The notes under the pieces are model-generated. The model saw nothing but the letters and a program-made list of their open reading frames with translations, had not been told where the DNA came from and made no database searches. A program made the translations under genes and the position numbers. Of a DNA stretch of 64,000 nt, positions 63,826-64,000 are shown piece after piece. Every line of letters starts with the position of its first letter. Position 1 is the stretch's first letter. The DNA comes from Gemmatimonadales bacterium (lineage in GTDB: Bacteria; Gemmatimonadota; Gemmatimonadetes; Gemmatimonadales; GWC2-71-9), in contig DATNOH010000059.1 of assembly GCA_035601435.1 (NCBI GenBank), positions 6,748-70,747 of the forward strand, written 5' to 3'.

Positions 63826-63858
63826 ATTCATTACTGAACCGTACCGGGGGGCGGCAAC
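63826..63858 (-). promoter_or_regulatory. degenerate copy E of the conserved element
   Basis: The plus strand ATTCATTACTGAAC-N14-GCAAC keeps the palindrome core (TTCAnTAnTGAA) and the N14 spacing, but the GGAAC arm is degenerate (GTTGC on the minus strand). Confidence 0.25.
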
Positions 63859-63980
63859 GTGGTTTCGTGAAACTGTGGCGCGATCGAGACCGTCTCGTTG
63901 TCGATATGAGCCTAGCCCGAACGTCTAGTACAGAGCAGCAGTGCTTCACCCTTTATCAGACCGAAGGAGATTACCCCGTA

Positions 63981-64000
63981 TGCGCAGTCGTCTCTTCGCG
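63981..64000 (+). CDS. 5' end of a gene running off the window
   Basis: GGAGA 8 nt upstream of ATG 63981 (MRSRLFA...). Only 6 complete codons are visible. Confidence 0.3.

Noticed and set aside
63592-63831. 79-aa minus-strand ORF whose ATG lies inside degenerate element copy E
   Set aside because: It has odd Cys/Trp/Arg-rich composition, is antisense to the alternative 48-aa plus-strand ORF, and has no SD or motif. Neither ORF can be confirmed from sequence alone.
1-64000. Search by eye for tRNA/rRNA genes, CRISPR arrays, IS elements, integrases, prophage modules, toxin-antitoxin pairs
   Set aside because: I found no cloverleaf-like or rRNA-like stretches, no regularly spaced direct repeats, no transposase, integrase or recombinase motifs, and no terminal inverted repeats. 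The lower-GC patches (540-680, 3366-3400, 25000-25240, 25830-26100, 55860-56340, 61380-61590, 63540-63980) look like ordinary regulatory intergenic regions.

Overview
This is a very GC-rich bacterial chromosomal segment with GC-rich third codon positions and many long antisense shadow ORFs. It is densely packed with about 70 genes, many joined by 4-nt stop/start overlaps. By eye I found no rRNA, tRNA, CRISPR array, integrase or transposase. The protein repertoire (Ser/Thr kinases with TPR tails, many signal-peptide outer-membrane proteins) suggests a Gemmatimonadota- or Acidobacteriota-like organism, but that is only a guess. Recognisable content: (i) a purine-to-ureide catabolic supercluster at 15.1-25.0 kb, with a three-subunit xanthine-dehydrogenase-type enzyme, a CitE-like protein, PuuD, HIU hydrolase, OHCU decarboxylase, allantoicase, allantoinase and a PP2C phosphatase; (ii) a divergent second molybdo-hydroxylase operon (CoxSLM-like) with a cyclase/formamidase and an amidase; (iii) signalling genes: two Ser/Thr kinases, two hybrid histidine kinases, a REC-GGDEF protein, a TPR-HD-GYP protein and an ECF sigma/anti-sigma/Spy-like operon; (iv) DNA-metabolism genes: an ATP-dependent ligase, Ogt, Smr, two DinB-fold proteins, and a UvrD helicase with an embedded DEDDh exonuclease; (v) envelope and housekeeping genes. 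The best candidate for an undescribed system is at 47.06-51.27 kb. There, an SNF2-family helicase is translationally coupled (GTGA) to a 683-aa protein carrying 38 cysteines in six tandem C-x2-C-x4-C-x2-H modules. Other items worth follow-up: an in-frame TGA in the active-site loop of a rhodanese; two genes whose homology-supported N-termini have only a CTG start inside a CTGA overlap; a 33-bp conserved element (GGAACTT-N14-TCATT plus a palindrome) present three times facing gene starts; a consensus sigma-54 promoter; a pair of zinc-ribbon paralogs; and a 10-bp x3 tandem repeat inside the helicase-exonuclease gene. All functional calls rest on motif recognition in the supplied translations; no database search was run.
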